Positions 25,499 through 35,776 of a stretch of 35,776 bases of DNA are shown in pieces (the stretch's first letter is position 1; the number at the start of each line of letters is the position of its first letter). Source of the DNA: a virus (taxonomy: Duplodnaviria; Caudoviricetes); the IMG/VR virus record IMGVR_UViG_3300029825_000421, positions 1 through 35,776 of that record; one strand, 5' to 3'. The notes below the pieces were generated by a model. That model worked only from the letters and a program-made list of their open reading frames with translations. It ran no database searches and had not been told where the DNA came from. The position numbers were made by a program, and so were the translations under genes.

Positions 25499-26842
25499 TT
25501 GAAAGCGTATTTCGGAGTACCAATTTCACCTAATATTACAGAAACACCGGATGGGTTTTATATATGCAAGAATGTTCCCATAGCCCGTACTGGTTGGTAT
25601 GAATATACGGATGAAGAGCTAGGTCTAGATGATAGAGACAAAATCTATAAAGTATATAGAAGTCCAGAAGAAGTTTTTAAACCTGCAGCAATAGCAAGCT
25701 TTAATGGTAAAGTTGTTACAAATGAGCATCCCTCAGAATGGGTAACACCAGACAATGCCAAAATCTATATGAAAGGAACAAGCCAGAATATAAGGCAATC
25801 CAAAGATGAACCCGATTTATTACTGGCAGATTTAATTATTTATGATGCAGATTTAATAAAAGCAATACAAGAAGGTAAAAGAGAAGTATCTTGTGGATAT
25901 GACTGTAATTACGTAGACAACGGAGACAATACATATTCACAAACAGATATATGCGGTAACCATATAGCAGTTGTAGAAGCTGGTAGAGCAGGGAACCGTG
26001 TAGCAATAAAAGATTCAAAAAATAAAATTGAGGAAGGAGAAAAAAAGATGTCAAGTAAAATAAAACTACCAACCAAAAAGCACTCAAGAGTTACTGACAT
26101 GTTAGCAGCTATAGGATTGAAGCATTTTGCTACAGATGCAGATGCAGAGGAGGTTCTGGACGCTGTAGATGCCATGGCAGAAGAAAAGAAGTGCAATGAT
26201 GAGGAACCGCCTGTAGAAGAAAAGAAGGAGGAAGTAAAGGACCAGAGCCCAGAACTTGAATCCAAAATTGATAAAATATGTGGTTTGATTTGCCAGCAAC
26301 TTGGTATAAAACCGCAGGAAGATGAAGCTCCTACAGGAATAGAGGCAAAGCTTGAAAAGTTAAATGATTCCATAAAAGCTTTGGCAGAAAAGAAAGGTGA
26401 AACCGAAGAAGATCCTGAAAAAGCCATTGATGAAGTTATCTCTAAATTGGAAGGTTCCAAGCAAGAAGATGAAGACCTCCCAAATGAAGAAGAAATAACA
26501 ATTGAGCCGGAAGAAATAACAGATGAAGAACCAAAAGAAGAAGAAAAATCACCTGCAAAAGATGATTTCTATAAAGCTCAATTTTTAAAGCAGATGAAGC
26601 CTATAGTAGCTCAGATACAGGACAAGGCAGCTAAAAAGAAAGCTTGTGATGCACTTATTAATACAGTAAGGATGAAAGCACCACAAGATAAGAATAATTC
26701 TTATGCATCTATAGTTAAAGGCAGAAAGAAAAAAGCAGCAGACAAGCAGAAAATGAGTGATGCAGAATATCAGGAAAAAGTAGCGAACTTAGGAATGGAA
26801 ATAGCTAAAAAGTTCAATCCACATTATAAGGAGGTAAAATAA
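25499..26842 (+). CDS. DUF2213 prohead protease/scaffold protein
   Basis: NVPIARTG...VTNEHP...EVSCGY...NHIAVV..GRAG plus acidic scaffold tail. Confidence 0.9.
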   Translation: MKAYFGVPISPNITETPDGFYICKNVPIARTGWYEYTDEELGLDDRDKIYKVYRSPEEVFKPAAIASFNGKVVTNEHPSEWVTPDNAKIYMKGTSQNIRQSKDEPDLLLADLIIYDADLIKAIQEGKREVSCGYDCNYVDNGDNTYSQTDICGNHIAVVEAGRAGNRVAIKDSKNKIEEGEKKMSSKIKLPTKKHSRVTDMLAAIGLKHFATDADAEEVLDAVDAMAEEKKCNDEEPPVEEKKEEVKDQSPELESKIDKICGLICQQLGIKPQEDEAPTGIEAKLEKLNDSIKALAEKKGETEEDPEKAIDEVISKLEGSKQEDEDLPNEEEITIEPEEITDEEPKEEEKSPAKDDFYKAQFLKQMKPIVAQIQDKAAKKKACDALINTVRMKAPQDKNNSYASIVKGRKKKAADKQKMSDAEYQEKVANLGMEIAKKFNPHYKEVK

Positions 26843-26843
26843 T

Positions 26844-27350
26844 ATGCCAGGTGCAGCAATAGGTAAAATATTAGGTTTAGGTTATCCAGGAAATGTAGCT
26901 AGACAGGCTGATGCAATCATAACCCAGAGACCAGTTAAGGGAGATCCAATATCTTTTGGAGATCCAGTTATATTAAATTCAGATAACACTTACACAAAAT
27001 TTGCAGCTGCCAATACAGCAGCACAATTTGCAGGTATAGCAGTAAGAGAAGTAAAACAGGCTACAGATTATTATCCAGTAGGAGGAAATTACAAAGAAAA
27101 TGAGCCTTGTGACGTTATTTCAAGGGGAACAGTTACAATAGTTTGTAATGTAGGGACGCCTACAGCTGGCGGCTCTGTTTATCTTAGAATAACAGAAAAC
27201 GCAACTATTCCAAATGGAGTTGTAGGAGGATTTGAAGCAGCAGCAGACGGAACAAATACAATTGAACTTACAAATGTTAAATTTACTACTGGTGATATAG
27301 ATGCAGACAAGGTTGCAGAAGTTACTATACTTACTAAATTACAGCCTTAA
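26844..27350 (+). CDS. Capsid decoration/cement protein
   Basis: Position before capsid gene; beta-rich Gly/Thr composition. Confidence 0.75.
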   Translation: MPGAAIGKILGLGYPGNVARQADAIITQRPVKGDPISFGDPVILNSDNTYTKFAAANTAAQFAGIAVREVKQATDYYPVGGNYKENEPCDVISRGTVTIVCNVGTPTAGGSVYLRITENATIPNGVVGGFEAAADGTNTIELTNVKFTTGDIDADKVAEVTILTKLQP

Positions 27351-27365
27351 AAGGAGGAATGAAAA

Positions 27366-28376
27366 GTGGAAACAATAGATACTTATAGCAATAAAACTTT
27401 GGCTTTACCCGGAGTTGGCAGAATGCCGACAACAGATTCGGCAATTGGTACAGGACTAGCCTTTCTGCGTGGCGAGTTAGAAAAAAGAGATCCTAGACTT
27501 TTAGAACCATTGGTAAATATAGATTGGCCTAGAGATATAGTTGCAAAAACAGGTGGCGGATGGAGTGAATTCTCTTCAAACACTTTTGTTGATTATGCTG
27601 GGACTGGCGGCTCAAACAAGGGCATAATTGGAGGGCAAACTAATAATATTCCTATTGTACAGGGCAATATTACAAAAGATATTTTTAAGGTATTTACATG
27701 GAGCAATATTCTTAAGGTACCCTTTGTAGATCAATCAAAAATGCAGACAATAGGACGTTCCCTTGACCAGATATATGATAAAGGACTGAGACTTAATTAT
27801 AACAAGACAATAGATTTTCTGGTATATCAGGGTTGGGATAAAGAAGATATTTATGGCCTTGTAAATAATCCTCAAGTTACAGCTTCATTGGTAGACGCTG
27901 GCGCAAGTACTGAAACAAAATGGTCAAAGAAAACGGCAGATGAAATACTTCATGATATAAACCAGGTTATAAATGATACATGGGCGAATTCAGAGTATGA
28001 TATTACAGGCATGGCAAACCATATATTAATACCACCTGCTCAATACACTGATATAGTATCAAGGAAGGTATCTGAAGCTGGCAATGTATCTATCCTTGAA
28101 TATCTTTTGAAAAACAACATAGCAAATAATCAAGGAAGACAGCTTGCGATTGTACCATCAAGATGGTGTATAGGTGCTGGAACCGGTGGAACTGACAGAA
28201 TGGTTGCATACGTAAACGATGATGATAGAGTTAACTTTGACTTACCTGTACCTTTGAGTAGAGGAATGAGTAGCCCTGATGTTAAAGAATTGAGTTATCT
28301 TACTGCATATGTAGCTCAAATATCACAGGTTAAAATACTTTACTATCAGTGCTTTAGATACAGAGACGGTATATAA
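27366..28376 (+). CDS. Major capsid protein (DUF2184 type)
   Basis: 336 aa; GLVNNP...W..KT.DEIL.DIN pattern; position. Confidence 0.9.
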   Translation: METIDTYSNKTLALPGVGRMPTTDSAIGTGLAFLRGELEKRDPRLLEPLVNIDWPRDIVAKTGGGWSEFSSNTFVDYAGTGGSNKGIIGGQTNNIPIVQGNITKDIFKVFTWSNILKVPFVDQSKMQTIGRSLDQIYDKGLRLNYNKTIDFLVYQGWDKEDIYGLVNNPQVTASLVDAGASTETKWSKKTADEILHDINQVINDTWANSEYDITGMANHILIPPAQYTDIVSRKVSEAGNVSILEYLLKNNIANNQGRQLAIVPSRWCIGAGTGGTDRMVAYVNDDDRVNFDLPVPLSRGMSSPDVKELSYLTAYVAQISQVKILYYQCFRYRDGI

Positions 28377-28389
28377 GGGAGGTAATTTT

Positions 28390-28650
28390 ATGTTAAGAAT
28401 ATTTACTAAGCAAGCTTTTGAATTTAGAGATTCAGAAGGTAAGATGGTGCAGGCAAAATATAATGAGTTTTCTGAATTACCTGATTGGGTTGAAAAAACC
28501 CCAACATATCAATTAGGTGTAAAAGATGGATTGATAGTGGCATATGGAAATAAGACAGTTTCAACAGAAACAAATAAACCTGCAGAGGAAAACAAACCAG
28601 CAGAAACAAATAAACAGGATGCTAAACCATCTACTAACACTAAAAAGTAG
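28390..28650 (+). CDS. Hypothetical structural protein
   Basis: After capsid; ETNKPAE-ENKPAE-TNK repeat tail. Confidence 0.7.
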   Translation: MLRIFTKQAFEFRDSEGKMVQAKYNEFSELPDWVEKTPTYQLGVKDGLIVAYGNKTVSTETNKPAEENKPAETNKQDAKPSTNTKK

Positions 28651-28660
28651 GTGATTTTTT

Positions 28661-29140
28661 ATGCCTTATTTAAATGGAATTATAGGAGATGCTTCCAATT
28701 TATCATTTGGAAGCAATCCTCCTTATGCAATAGAAGATTTTTTGCAGGTATATCCTCAATTTGGAAATGATGCAAACAACAATTCTGTAATACCCACAGC
28801 TATAATACAAATGTATATAAATTTAGCTACTACCTGCATTAAAAAAGACAAATGGTTTGATGCCTGGGAAGTTGCTATGGGATGGTTTATTGCTCATTTT
28901 CTTACTTTGTATTTACAAGGAACAGCAGATCCTAATAGTGGGGCAGCAGGAGTATTACAAGCCGGTCAAACTAGAGGTTTAGATACGTCTGTAAGTGCCG
29001 GTGGTGTATCTGTAAGTACAGATTATGGGACAATAACACAGGATTTAAACGGATGGGCTGGGTGGAAGCTCACAATATATGGAACACAGCTTGCGAGTAT
29101 GGCAAGAATTATCGGGATTGGTGGCAGTTACGCCTATTAG
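28661..29140 (+). CDS. Head-tail adaptor (DUF4054 type)
   Basis: F..VYPQF...AHFLTL...SVSAGGVSVS...LTIYG. Confidence 0.82.
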   Translation: MPYLNGIIGDASNLSFGSNPPYAIEDFLQVYPQFGNDANNNSVIPTAIIQMYINLATTCIKKDKWFDAWEVAMGWFIAHFLTLYLQGTADPNSGAAGVLQAGQTRGLDTSVSAGGVSVSTDYGTITQDLNGWAGWKLTIYGTQLASMARIIGIGGSYAY

Positions 29141-29152
29141 GAGGTAATTTGT

Positions 29153-29800
29153 ATGCTTGATAAATTAATAGATGTTATGGTGACAAAAGATTTGACAAAT
29201 GATTTACTACAATCCTTAAAAGAATTAAGCAATAAAAAAATATGTATAGGAGTACCGCAGGAGGATAACACCGAAAGAGGAGATGTAAAATATAATCTTA
29301 CTCATAAAAGAAAAATAAAACAAGGTAGTAATTCAAGAACCAATCAAAGGATTACAAATGCACAATTATTATATATTCATTCTAACGGAGTAAGAAGTAA
29401 TTCCATGATAAAAGCTATGCAACATGATATTGATTCAGGAACGCCATATTCAAGAGCATATGAGTTTTTTGTACATGAGCATGGTTCACCTTTATTTAGG
29501 ATACCACCTAGGCCTGTGCTTGCACCTGCTATTGAAAATTCTAAAGATGTAATTGCTGAAGCTATGAAACAAGCTATGAAAAGTATACTAAACAATAGAG
29601 ATGTTTCAACTCAGTTAGGCAAAGTAGGAATGCTAGGACAAAATATCTGTAGAAAATGGTTTACGGATCCTGAGAATAAGTGGGCATCAAACAGCCCTTT
29701 GACTATAAAACAAAAAAGAAAGAACAGTGATAAACCACTCATTGATACGGGAGCATTACGTAATAGTATTACTTATGTTATAAGGGATGATTCACAATGA
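29153..29800 (+). CDS. Neck/tail completion protein
   Basis: HEHG....IPPRPVL...KPLIDTGALRNSITY. Confidence 0.75.
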   Translation: MLDKLIDVMVTKDLTNDLLQSLKELSNKKICIGVPQEDNTERGDVKYNLTHKRKIKQGSNSRTNQRITNAQLLYIHSNGVRSNSMIKAMQHDIDSGTPYSRAYEFFVHEHGSPLFRIPPRPVLAPAIENSKDVIAEAMKQAMKSILNNRDVSTQLGKVGMLGQNICRKWFTDPENKWASNSPLTIKQKRKNSDKPLIDTGALRNSITYVIRDDSQ

Positions 29801-30162
29801 TTAATTTAAGTAGAGTAATAACAGATCCACGTATAGCACAAAAGCAGCCATTTACAGTATGGCGTAAATCTACTACATGGCAGGGCGGGAGACCAACCTC
29901 AACAGAACTTCCTATATCCATAGTTGGGATTATAACCCCTGCAAACCCCAGAGATTTACAACAGGTTCCAGAAGGTGATAGAGTCGGTGGAGAAATAACT
30001 ATACTTACTATTCAACCTATATATATTACAAGAGCAGGAGATGAGCAGGGCATTTCAGATGAGGTTGAGTGGGACGGAGATAGATACCGTGTATTTAATG
30101 TATTCCCGTGGAAAGACTATGGATTTTATCATGGGATAGGAATTCGCAAGACAAGTAAGTAG
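29797..30162 (+). CDS. Head closure protein
   Basis: LQQVPEGDR...DEVEWDGDRYRV; position. Confidence 0.7.
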   Translation: MINLSRVITDPRIAQKQPFTVWRKSTTWQGGRPTSTELPISIVGIITPANPRDLQQVPEGDRVGGEITILTIQPIYITRAGDEQGISDEVEWDGDRYRVFNVFPWKDYGFYHGIGIRKTSK

Positions 30163-30170
30163 GTGATTAT

Positions 30171-30728
30171 ATGGCAGATGTACAGGATACAGTACTTACA
30201 TTAAAACAAATTGAAGATATATTCTTTGCAGAAACATGTAAAATGCTAGGATTAGATCCTACATTACCAGAGAATCAAGGCAAGGTGAGGTTTGCGTGGC
30301 CTACCGATGGATCTCCGGGATGGAGCATAGATGAAGATATAGTATTTTTAAGAATCACTCCTATAGATGATAAAATAGCGAGGCCACAAGATATTCTATA
30401 TGATACAAATGCTTCTGATTATGCTCTAAAAGAAGTTGCATATACAAGAGTTCATAAAATAGATTGGACTTTGTATGGACCAAGTAGTTACGATAATGCA
30501 GATTTAATAAGATACAATATACTTTCTTCTAAATATCTAAATGATTTTAGGGCGTACAATCTTTTTTTAATTACAGATGTAACCATGCCTGTTAGATTAC
30601 CAGAACTTTTTAACGGCCAATGGTGGGAGAGAACGGATTTTCAAGCTTCCTATAATGAATTGGTAATACGCAGAAGTCAAATACCTTATTTTGTTAACAC
30701 AGATATAAAATTAATAACAAGTAGATAG
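30171..30728 (+). CDS. Tail terminator protein
   Basis: Immediately before sheath; PELFNGQWWERTD. Confidence 0.68.
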   Translation: MADVQDTVLTLKQIEDIFFAETCKMLGLDPTLPENQGKVRFAWPTDGSPGWSIDEDIVFLRITPIDDKIARPQDILYDTNASDYALKEVAYTRVHKIDWTLYGPSSYDNADLIRYNILSSKYLNDFRAYNLFLITDVTMPVRLPELFNGQWWERTDFQASYNELVIRRSQIPYFVNTDIKLITSR

Positions 30729-30754
30729 AGAGATTAGAAAAGGAGGTCTGAAAG

Positions 30755-32233
30755 ATGGCATCAACTTTACCTTTAAGCGATATAGTGGATATTTCTGTTA
30801 ACGTCGGACCTGTGGCAGCAGTGAGGACAAATTTTAATTTAGGATTAATAGTTGGGAAATCGAACATTATACCGATAGATACCAGAGTGAGAGTTTACGA
30901 CAAGCTTACCGATATGGTAGCTGATGAATGGACAGGAAATGAGCTGGAATATTTAACAGCACAAATATACTTTTCACAGAGTCCACGGCCTTCAAAAGTA
31001 GCCATAGGAAGATGGCAGATACCAGAAACAGCAGTTGCAGCAGTTACTGCTTGCAGAAATGCCAATTCAGAATGGTACGCTTGCACAGTGTGTGGAGCTT
31101 CTGCCTCGGATGTACATGAAGTTGCACAATATATAGAAGCTGCCAGTCCATCATCAGTATATTTTTATACTACTCATGACGAAGATGTACTACCAGGCAC
31201 AGCTGGCAATATAATGGATATACTTTCAAAGAACAGTATCCATAGAACACTAGGTCAATATTCAACGAACAATGTTAAAACAGTTGGATATGAAGTAGGT
31301 GGGGCTGGAGCAGCAACCGATATTCACAGCGGAACAGCAAATGAATTTCAAATAACTATAGATGGGGATGAAACAAATCATACGGTAACTTTAACTCTAA
31401 CGGACTGTACAACGGGAGATAAGACAGCTGCAGAAATGCAAAAGCAAATTAACGCTATAGGTGGAAGCACATATTCAAATGTAACTGTAGAATATTCCAT
31501 GGATCACTATGTAATAACATCTCCAAACTATGGAGAAGGCAGTGAAATACGCATAACTGCAGGAGAAACAAACGATGTATCAGAAACTTTAAAAATAGGT
31601 GCTGCTAATGGTGCTGCTGATATAGATGGTACAACAACTTATGTAGAGGCAGCTGCTGCAATAATGGGCTATGCTATGGGAGCAAATACGCAAACATCCA
31701 ACAGTGCATATACTTTATTTGCAAAACCAGAAATAGGAATTACAGCAGAGCCACTCAAAGGTACGGAACTTACCAAAATTAAATCCTATAACGGAAATGC
31801 TTATGTAAATCGTGGAAGTGTGTATAATCTGTTTGAAAATGGGGTTATGCATGATGGTACTTTCTTTGATGAAGTACTTAATATAGATATGTTAACCAAT
31901 GCCTTACAGGTTGCAGTTCTTAATACATTTATAGATTTATCAAAAGTGCCACAGACTGATGATGGTATGCAAATGCTTGAAAATGCCCTTACAAATCCAC
32001 TTGAAAATGCAGTTAAAATAGGATTCATAGCACCTGGTATATGGAACAGTGCATCTGTCTTAACTGTAAAAACTGGAGATGTTCTTACAACTGGATATAA
32101 AATATTAGCCGATTCTGTTTCCGACCAAAGTCAGGCAGACAGGGAAGCAAGGAAGGCTCCTCCAGTTTATGTATTGATAAAGACTGCAGGCGCATTCCAC
32201 AATGTCAAAATTGGATTATATGAAAATAGATAG
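30755..32233 (+). CDS. Tail sheath protein (DUF3383 type)
   Basis: YFSQSPRP..VAIGRW...KVPQTDDG...QSQADREARKAPP. Confidence 0.9.
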   Translation: MASTLPLSDIVDISVNVGPVAAVRTNFNLGLIVGKSNIIPIDTRVRVYDKLTDMVADEWTGNELEYLTAQIYFSQSPRPSKVAIGRWQIPETAVAAVTACRNANSEWYACTVCGASASDVHEVAQYIEAASPSSVYFYTTHDEDVLPGTAGNIMDILSKNSIHRTLGQYSTNNVKTVGYEVGGAGAATDIHSGTANEFQITIDGDETNHTVTLTLTDCTTGDKTAAEMQKQINAIGGSTYSNVTVEYSMDHYVITSPNYGEGSEIRITAGETNDVSETLKIGAANGAADIDGTTTYVEAAAAIMGYAMGANTQTSNSAYTLFAKPEIGITAEPLKGTELTKIKSYNGNAYVNRGSVYNLFENGVMHDGTFFDEVLNIDMLTNALQVAVLNTFIDLSKVPQTDDGMQMLENALTNPLENAVKIGFIAPGIWNSASVLTVKTGDVLTTGYKILADSVSDQSQADREARKAPPVYVLIKTAGAFHNVKIGLYENR

Positions 32234-32247
32234 GAGGTGCTGAATAT

Positions 32248-32688
32248 ATGGATTTTGGTACTTATAGCTTTCAAGATGTCATTGTAACTTTTAAAGTTCC
32301 ATATTTCGCAGCTTTTAGTTCGACTGGAGCAGGATTGGGATCTATTTCTATAGTTCCATCAACTACCAAAACAATTCAGGATGTTGCAGCTGACGGAAGG
32401 GTTATGATAAGTAAGGTTGCCGGAAATAATGGAACTATAGCTATAACAATGCAGCAAAATTCTTTATTGCATAAGAATTTGCTTAATTGGTACAACTATA
32501 TAAATACTACTGCTTCAACATCGGATTGGGCGTCTACAACTGTTATAATCGCAAATGCAGCATTAGGGGAAAAGACAACTGCAACTGGAGTATCTCCGCA
32601 GAAGTTGGCAGACAAACCATATCAAGCACAGGGACAGATGATAACTTGGACTCTTATGGCTGCAAATATACATGAAGAAAATATCTAA
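32248..32688 (+). CDS. Tail tube protein
   Basis: TYSFQDV...VAADG.VMISK..G..GTI.I; follows sheath. Confidence 0.85.
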   Translation: MDFGTYSFQDVIVTFKVPYFAAFSSTGAGLGSISIVPSTTKTIQDVAADGRVMISKVAGNNGTIAITMQQNSLLHKNLLNWYNYINTTASTSDWASTTVIIANAALGEKTTATGVSPQKLADKPYQAQGQMITWTLMAANIHEENI

Positions 32689-32702
32689 ATGGAGGTTATC
32701 AA

Positions 32703-33215
32703 ATGGAAAACGAAGGACAAATAAATAAACGAATAGATTTTAAAGATATAACTATAGGAACTAGGAAATTCAGACTCCATAAGTTTGATGCTCTAACTGG
32801 TTCCTATATGCTTTTTAAGCTAGTCGGAATAATAGCACCCATATTTAAGGATATGGATACTAAGAAGGCTAAAGAAAAATTACAAGGTTCAGGGCAAAAT
32901 GAAAGCAAAAATGTAAAGGAAGAAGAAATAACTGGAAGTGATATGGCTAATATATTGACTGAAATAACAAAACTTCCAAAAGAAGATTTCGACTACATTC
33001 AGAAAAACTGTTTGATGGTAACAAATGAAATATATGTTGAGACTTCTCAAGTTTCACCACCTGTTTTAAATGAATATGGAACCTGGGGAACAATGGACAT
33101 AGATATGCCACTAGTATTAAATTTGACTATACAGTCTTTAATATTTAATGTTAGTGGTTTTTTCGGCGGAAGCCTCTCGGATTTGAACCTCGAGGGGTTG
33201 AATATATTCCAGTAG
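32703..33215 (+). CDS. Tail assembly chaperone (G)
   Basis: Between tube and tape measure; slippery site near 3' end. Confidence 0.85.
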   Translation: MENEGQINKRIDFKDITIGTRKFRLHKFDALTGSYMLFKLVGIIAPIFKDMDTKKAKEKLQGSGQNESKNVKEEEITGSDMANILTEITKLPKEDFDYIQKNCLMVTNEIYVETSQVSPPVLNEYGTWGTMDIDMPLVLNLTIQSLIFNVSGFFGGSLSDLNLEGLNIFQ

Positions 33216-33400
33216 AATTTCAAAATGTAAATGCCTTTGTATATGCTCCAGTAGTAGCTAAGATGTGGAAACAACATGAGGTCTGGGATGGGACATATAC
33301 ATTGGATGATCTCTTGGATGCACATGAAATATTGGCTATAAAGTCAGAGAATGAAGCAAGAGCTATGGAAGCAGCACAACAGGAAGGGGAAATTTATTAA
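33158..33400 (+). CDS. -1 frameshift extension (T part of G-T chaperone)
   Basis: -1 frame open from T TTT TTC to TAA 33400: ...KMWKQHEVWDGTYTLDDLLDAHEIL... Confidence 0.82.
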   Translation, partial: FFRRKPLGFEPRGVEYIPVEFQNVNAFVYAPVVAKMWKQHEVWDGTYTLDDLLDAHEILAIKSENEARAMEAAQQEGEIY

Positions 33401-35271
33401 TGGATATGAATATAATCAAAGAATATTTGATCTCATTGGGTTTTAAGCTTAACGAGGATTCTTACAATCAATTTCAACAAACAATGAAAAACGCAGAAGG
33501 AAACATAAAAAACTTTGCTAATAACAACAAAGATAATATGTCTTCTTTACAGAAATTCTTTCAATTATTCAATGGTTCTTTAAAAGATAATATGGGAATA
33601 ATAGCTAAAATTCTTCCAGAAACTAAAACCCCTTTCCTCCAATTAATAGGACTTGTGGAATTATTACATAAAGGTGTTACTAAAGTTTCTAAAGGGTTAA
33701 AAGGAATAAAAACGGACACTATAAAAAGCGACAATGTTAAAAAAACTTCTGAAACCATGGAGGATCTTTCAAATAAAACAAAAGAAACTCAATCACCTTT
33801 TGTTCAATTAATAGAACTAGTTAAGATATTAAATATAGAAATAAATAAACTTTCTTATAATTTACAAAATATAAAAACTCCTGATATGTCAGAAGTTGGC
33901 TTAAAACAAATGGAATCTGGATATTCTGTTCCTCAGAATGGTGCTGATTCGGGAAAAGAAACTCTTAATAAAATGCCAACTGAATTAAATAAAACTTCTC
34001 AAGCTTTAGAAAGTGTATCTAATAAAAGTAATGATGCTAAAACATCTTTATTATTGTTGAAAGAAAATGGAGGAAAAGCTATAGAAGATTTAGCAAAGAC
34101 CTCAAAAATATCTTTAGGATTAATCGCAGGGGCATTTGCGGGTATTGCGGCTATAGCAATAGCATCATGGAAAACACTCACAAGTTTAGCCAGTCAGGAT
34201 TTAGGATATCAGAAATTAGCCATGCGGTTATGGACTACAACAGAAAATGCCAAGGAAGTAGATATGGCTCTGAAAACTATGAAAATATCCATGCAGGATC
34301 TTTGGCTAAGTCCAGAATTATTACAGCAATTTAACCAGCTAAGGCAGGATTCGGCACAGTTAAAGCTTCCGTCTGATGCAGAGGATAAATTGAAACTCGT
34401 AAGGAGTATAGTTTTTGAATTTAAAAGATTAAAGCAGGCAGGAAGTTTGGCCTTTCAATGGATAGGGTATTATATTTCAAAATATGCCGGTGGACCTTTG
34501 GCTGATATTCATCAAGCATTAAATGGATTTGTTGATTGGGTGCTCAAAAATATTCCAGAGGCAGCAAAAATTATTGGAACAATTCTGGGTGTTCTATTTA
34601 GATTGATTTTAGATGCAATACAAACAATAGGAATTGTGTTGAAACCTATTATTAATACAATAAGTTTAATTATAGAAGTTATTGGGAAAATACCAGCGCC
34701 AATCAAGGCCATAATTGCTTTAGTAGTAGCCTTGCAAATAGCCTTAGCAACGGGACCTTTGGGAGTTTTGTTTCTTATAATAGCAGCTTTAGATGATATA
34801 TATACTTATTTTAGGGGAGGAAAATCGGTTATAGGAGGCTTCTTTGATAAATTTAAAGAGGGAGCTAATGCAATAAAAGATATCAAAGATGGATGGAATG
34901 GCTTTTGGAGAGGTATAGAAAATTTTGTAGATAGAATTAGAGCAAAAATTAAGAACTTAATTAATGATATTAAAAATATCCCATTAGTTAAAGGTATAAA
35001 CGAAATTAAAAATATCCCAGATGATATAAAATCAAAAATAAAAGGATTTGCAGGGAGTGTAAAGAAAGGTGTATCTTCTGTAACCTCGTATATATTACCT
35101 CGAAGTAGTACTACAAATAATAAAAATTCTACCATGAATAATACTAACCACAATAATACAACTAATAATTTTAATATTTATGGAACTACCCCTACAGGAA
35201 CAGCAAATGCGATTAACAGTAAAATCAATAATGGTATCAAGACTCGAAATCTTCAAGGAGTGATAGGATAA
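33400..35271 (+). CDS. Tape measure protein
   Basis: IIKEYLISLGF start; helical with hydrophobic segments; position. Confidence 0.88.
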   Translation: MDMNIIKEYLISLGFKLNEDSYNQFQQTMKNAEGNIKNFANNNKDNMSSLQKFFQLFNGSLKDNMGIIAKILPETKTPFLQLIGLVELLHKGVTKVSKGLKGIKTDTIKSDNVKKTSETMEDLSNKTKETQSPFVQLIELVKILNIEINKLSYNLQNIKTPDMSEVGLKQMESGYSVPQNGADSGKETLNKMPTELNKTSQALESVSNKSNDAKTSLLLLKENGGKAIEDLAKTSKISLGLIAGAFAGIAAIAIASWKTLTSLASQDLGYQKLAMRLWTTTENAKEVDMALKTMKISMQDLWLSPELLQQFNQLRQDSAQLKLPSDAEDKLKLVRSIVFEFKRLKQAGSLAFQWIGYYISKYAGGPLADIHQALNGFVDWVLKNIPEAAKIIGTILGVLFRLILDAIQTIGIVLKPIINTISLIIEVIGKIPAPIKAIIALVVALQIALATGPLGVLFLIIAALDDIYTYFRGGKSVIGGFFDKFKEGANAIKDIKDGWNGFWRGIENFVDRIRAKIKNLINDIKNIPLVKGINEIKNIPDDIKSKIKGFAGSVKKGVSSVTSYILPRSSTTNNKNSTMNNTNHNNTTNNFNIYGTTPTGTANAINSKINNGIKTRNLQGVIG

Positions 35272-35776
35272 TGGCAGATAACATAGTAGAAACTACAGCT
35301 TATTTTGATACCTCAATAGGCGATTATGTATTTGATGCTTATTTTTCTATACAACATGATACCAATTTAACAATAACTCAAAGCCCTGTTCAGACGGGAG
35401 CAAATATCTCGGATCATGCTTATATGGAACCCAAAGAACTTACATTTGAAATAGGTATGTCTGATGTTATGGAGAGTATAAAGGTGGGACAATTTGCTGA
35501 TGGACAATCAAGGTCAGTTAGTGCTTATAGTGTATTAAGAACATTGCAGGAGCAAAGAATACCTGTGCAAGTTATAACACGTCTAGGCGTATATCAAAAC
35601 ATGCTGGTAGAAACAATATCCGCGCAAGATGATAATACTACGCATTCTGGGTTGAGAGCTACGGTTACTATGAGAGAAATACTTGTGGTAGCTGTAGAAA
35701 CTGTTAAAATATCTGCTAGGCCTCAAACTAGTACTACAACTAACAGCGGAGATCAAAAAGCAGAGAAAGCAGATGA
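35271..35776 (+). CDS. Baseplate/tail-initiator (Dit-like) protein, 3' truncated by window
   Basis: MADNIVE...HDTNLTITQSPVQTGANISDHAYMEP; TAATG coupling. Confidence 0.8.
   Translation, partial: MADNIVETTAYFDTSIGDYVFDAYFSIQHDTNLTITQSPVQTGANISDHAYMEPKELTFEIGMSDVMESIKVGQFADGQSRSVSAYSVLRTLQEQRIPVQVITRLGVYQNMLVETISAQDDNTTHSGLRATVTMREILVVAVETVKISARPQTSTTTNSGDQKAEKAD

Larger units (their letters stand above)
1..35776. mobile_element. Temperate prophage (contractile-tail type), partial; extends beyond both window edges
   Basis: Canonical order: immunity, divergent switch, recombination/replication, late activator, terminase, portal, capsid, sheath/tube, tape measure, baseplate. Confidence 0.97.

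Noticed and set aside
25836-26460. Minus-strand ORFs opposite structural genes (and similar shadows elsewhere)
   Set aside because: Antisense shadows of well-supported genes, Ser/Phe-rich, no RBS

Overview
Low-GC (roughly 30-33% by eye) temperate myovirus-type prophage of a Firmicute, most likely a Clostridium; no integrase, att site or lysis genes lie inside the window. Left to right: leftward lysogeny module (HsdR-N-type nuclease, ImmA protease, coiled-coil protein, CI-like repressor), a divergent switch with 17-bp operators, an early operon (Cro, several antirepressors, a hidden cluster of three ribbon-helix-helix genes resembling P22 immI, YqaJ/RecT, replication initiator with internal ori, DnaB, AbrB, MazG-like, ArpU/RinA activator), an accessory block, then terminase, portal, head and contractile tail genes up to the first baseplate gene. 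The most unusual part is 16.4-19.5 kb: a convergent sce7726-like nuclease/beta-family pair, a five-copy 11-bp late-promoter repeat, about 390 nt of densely structured non-coding sequence containing a tRNA-like element, and an in-frame chimera of a type IV CRISPR Csf1-like N-terminus with a Cas6 C-terminus, with no CRISPR array. All family assignments come from motif recognition, not database searches.
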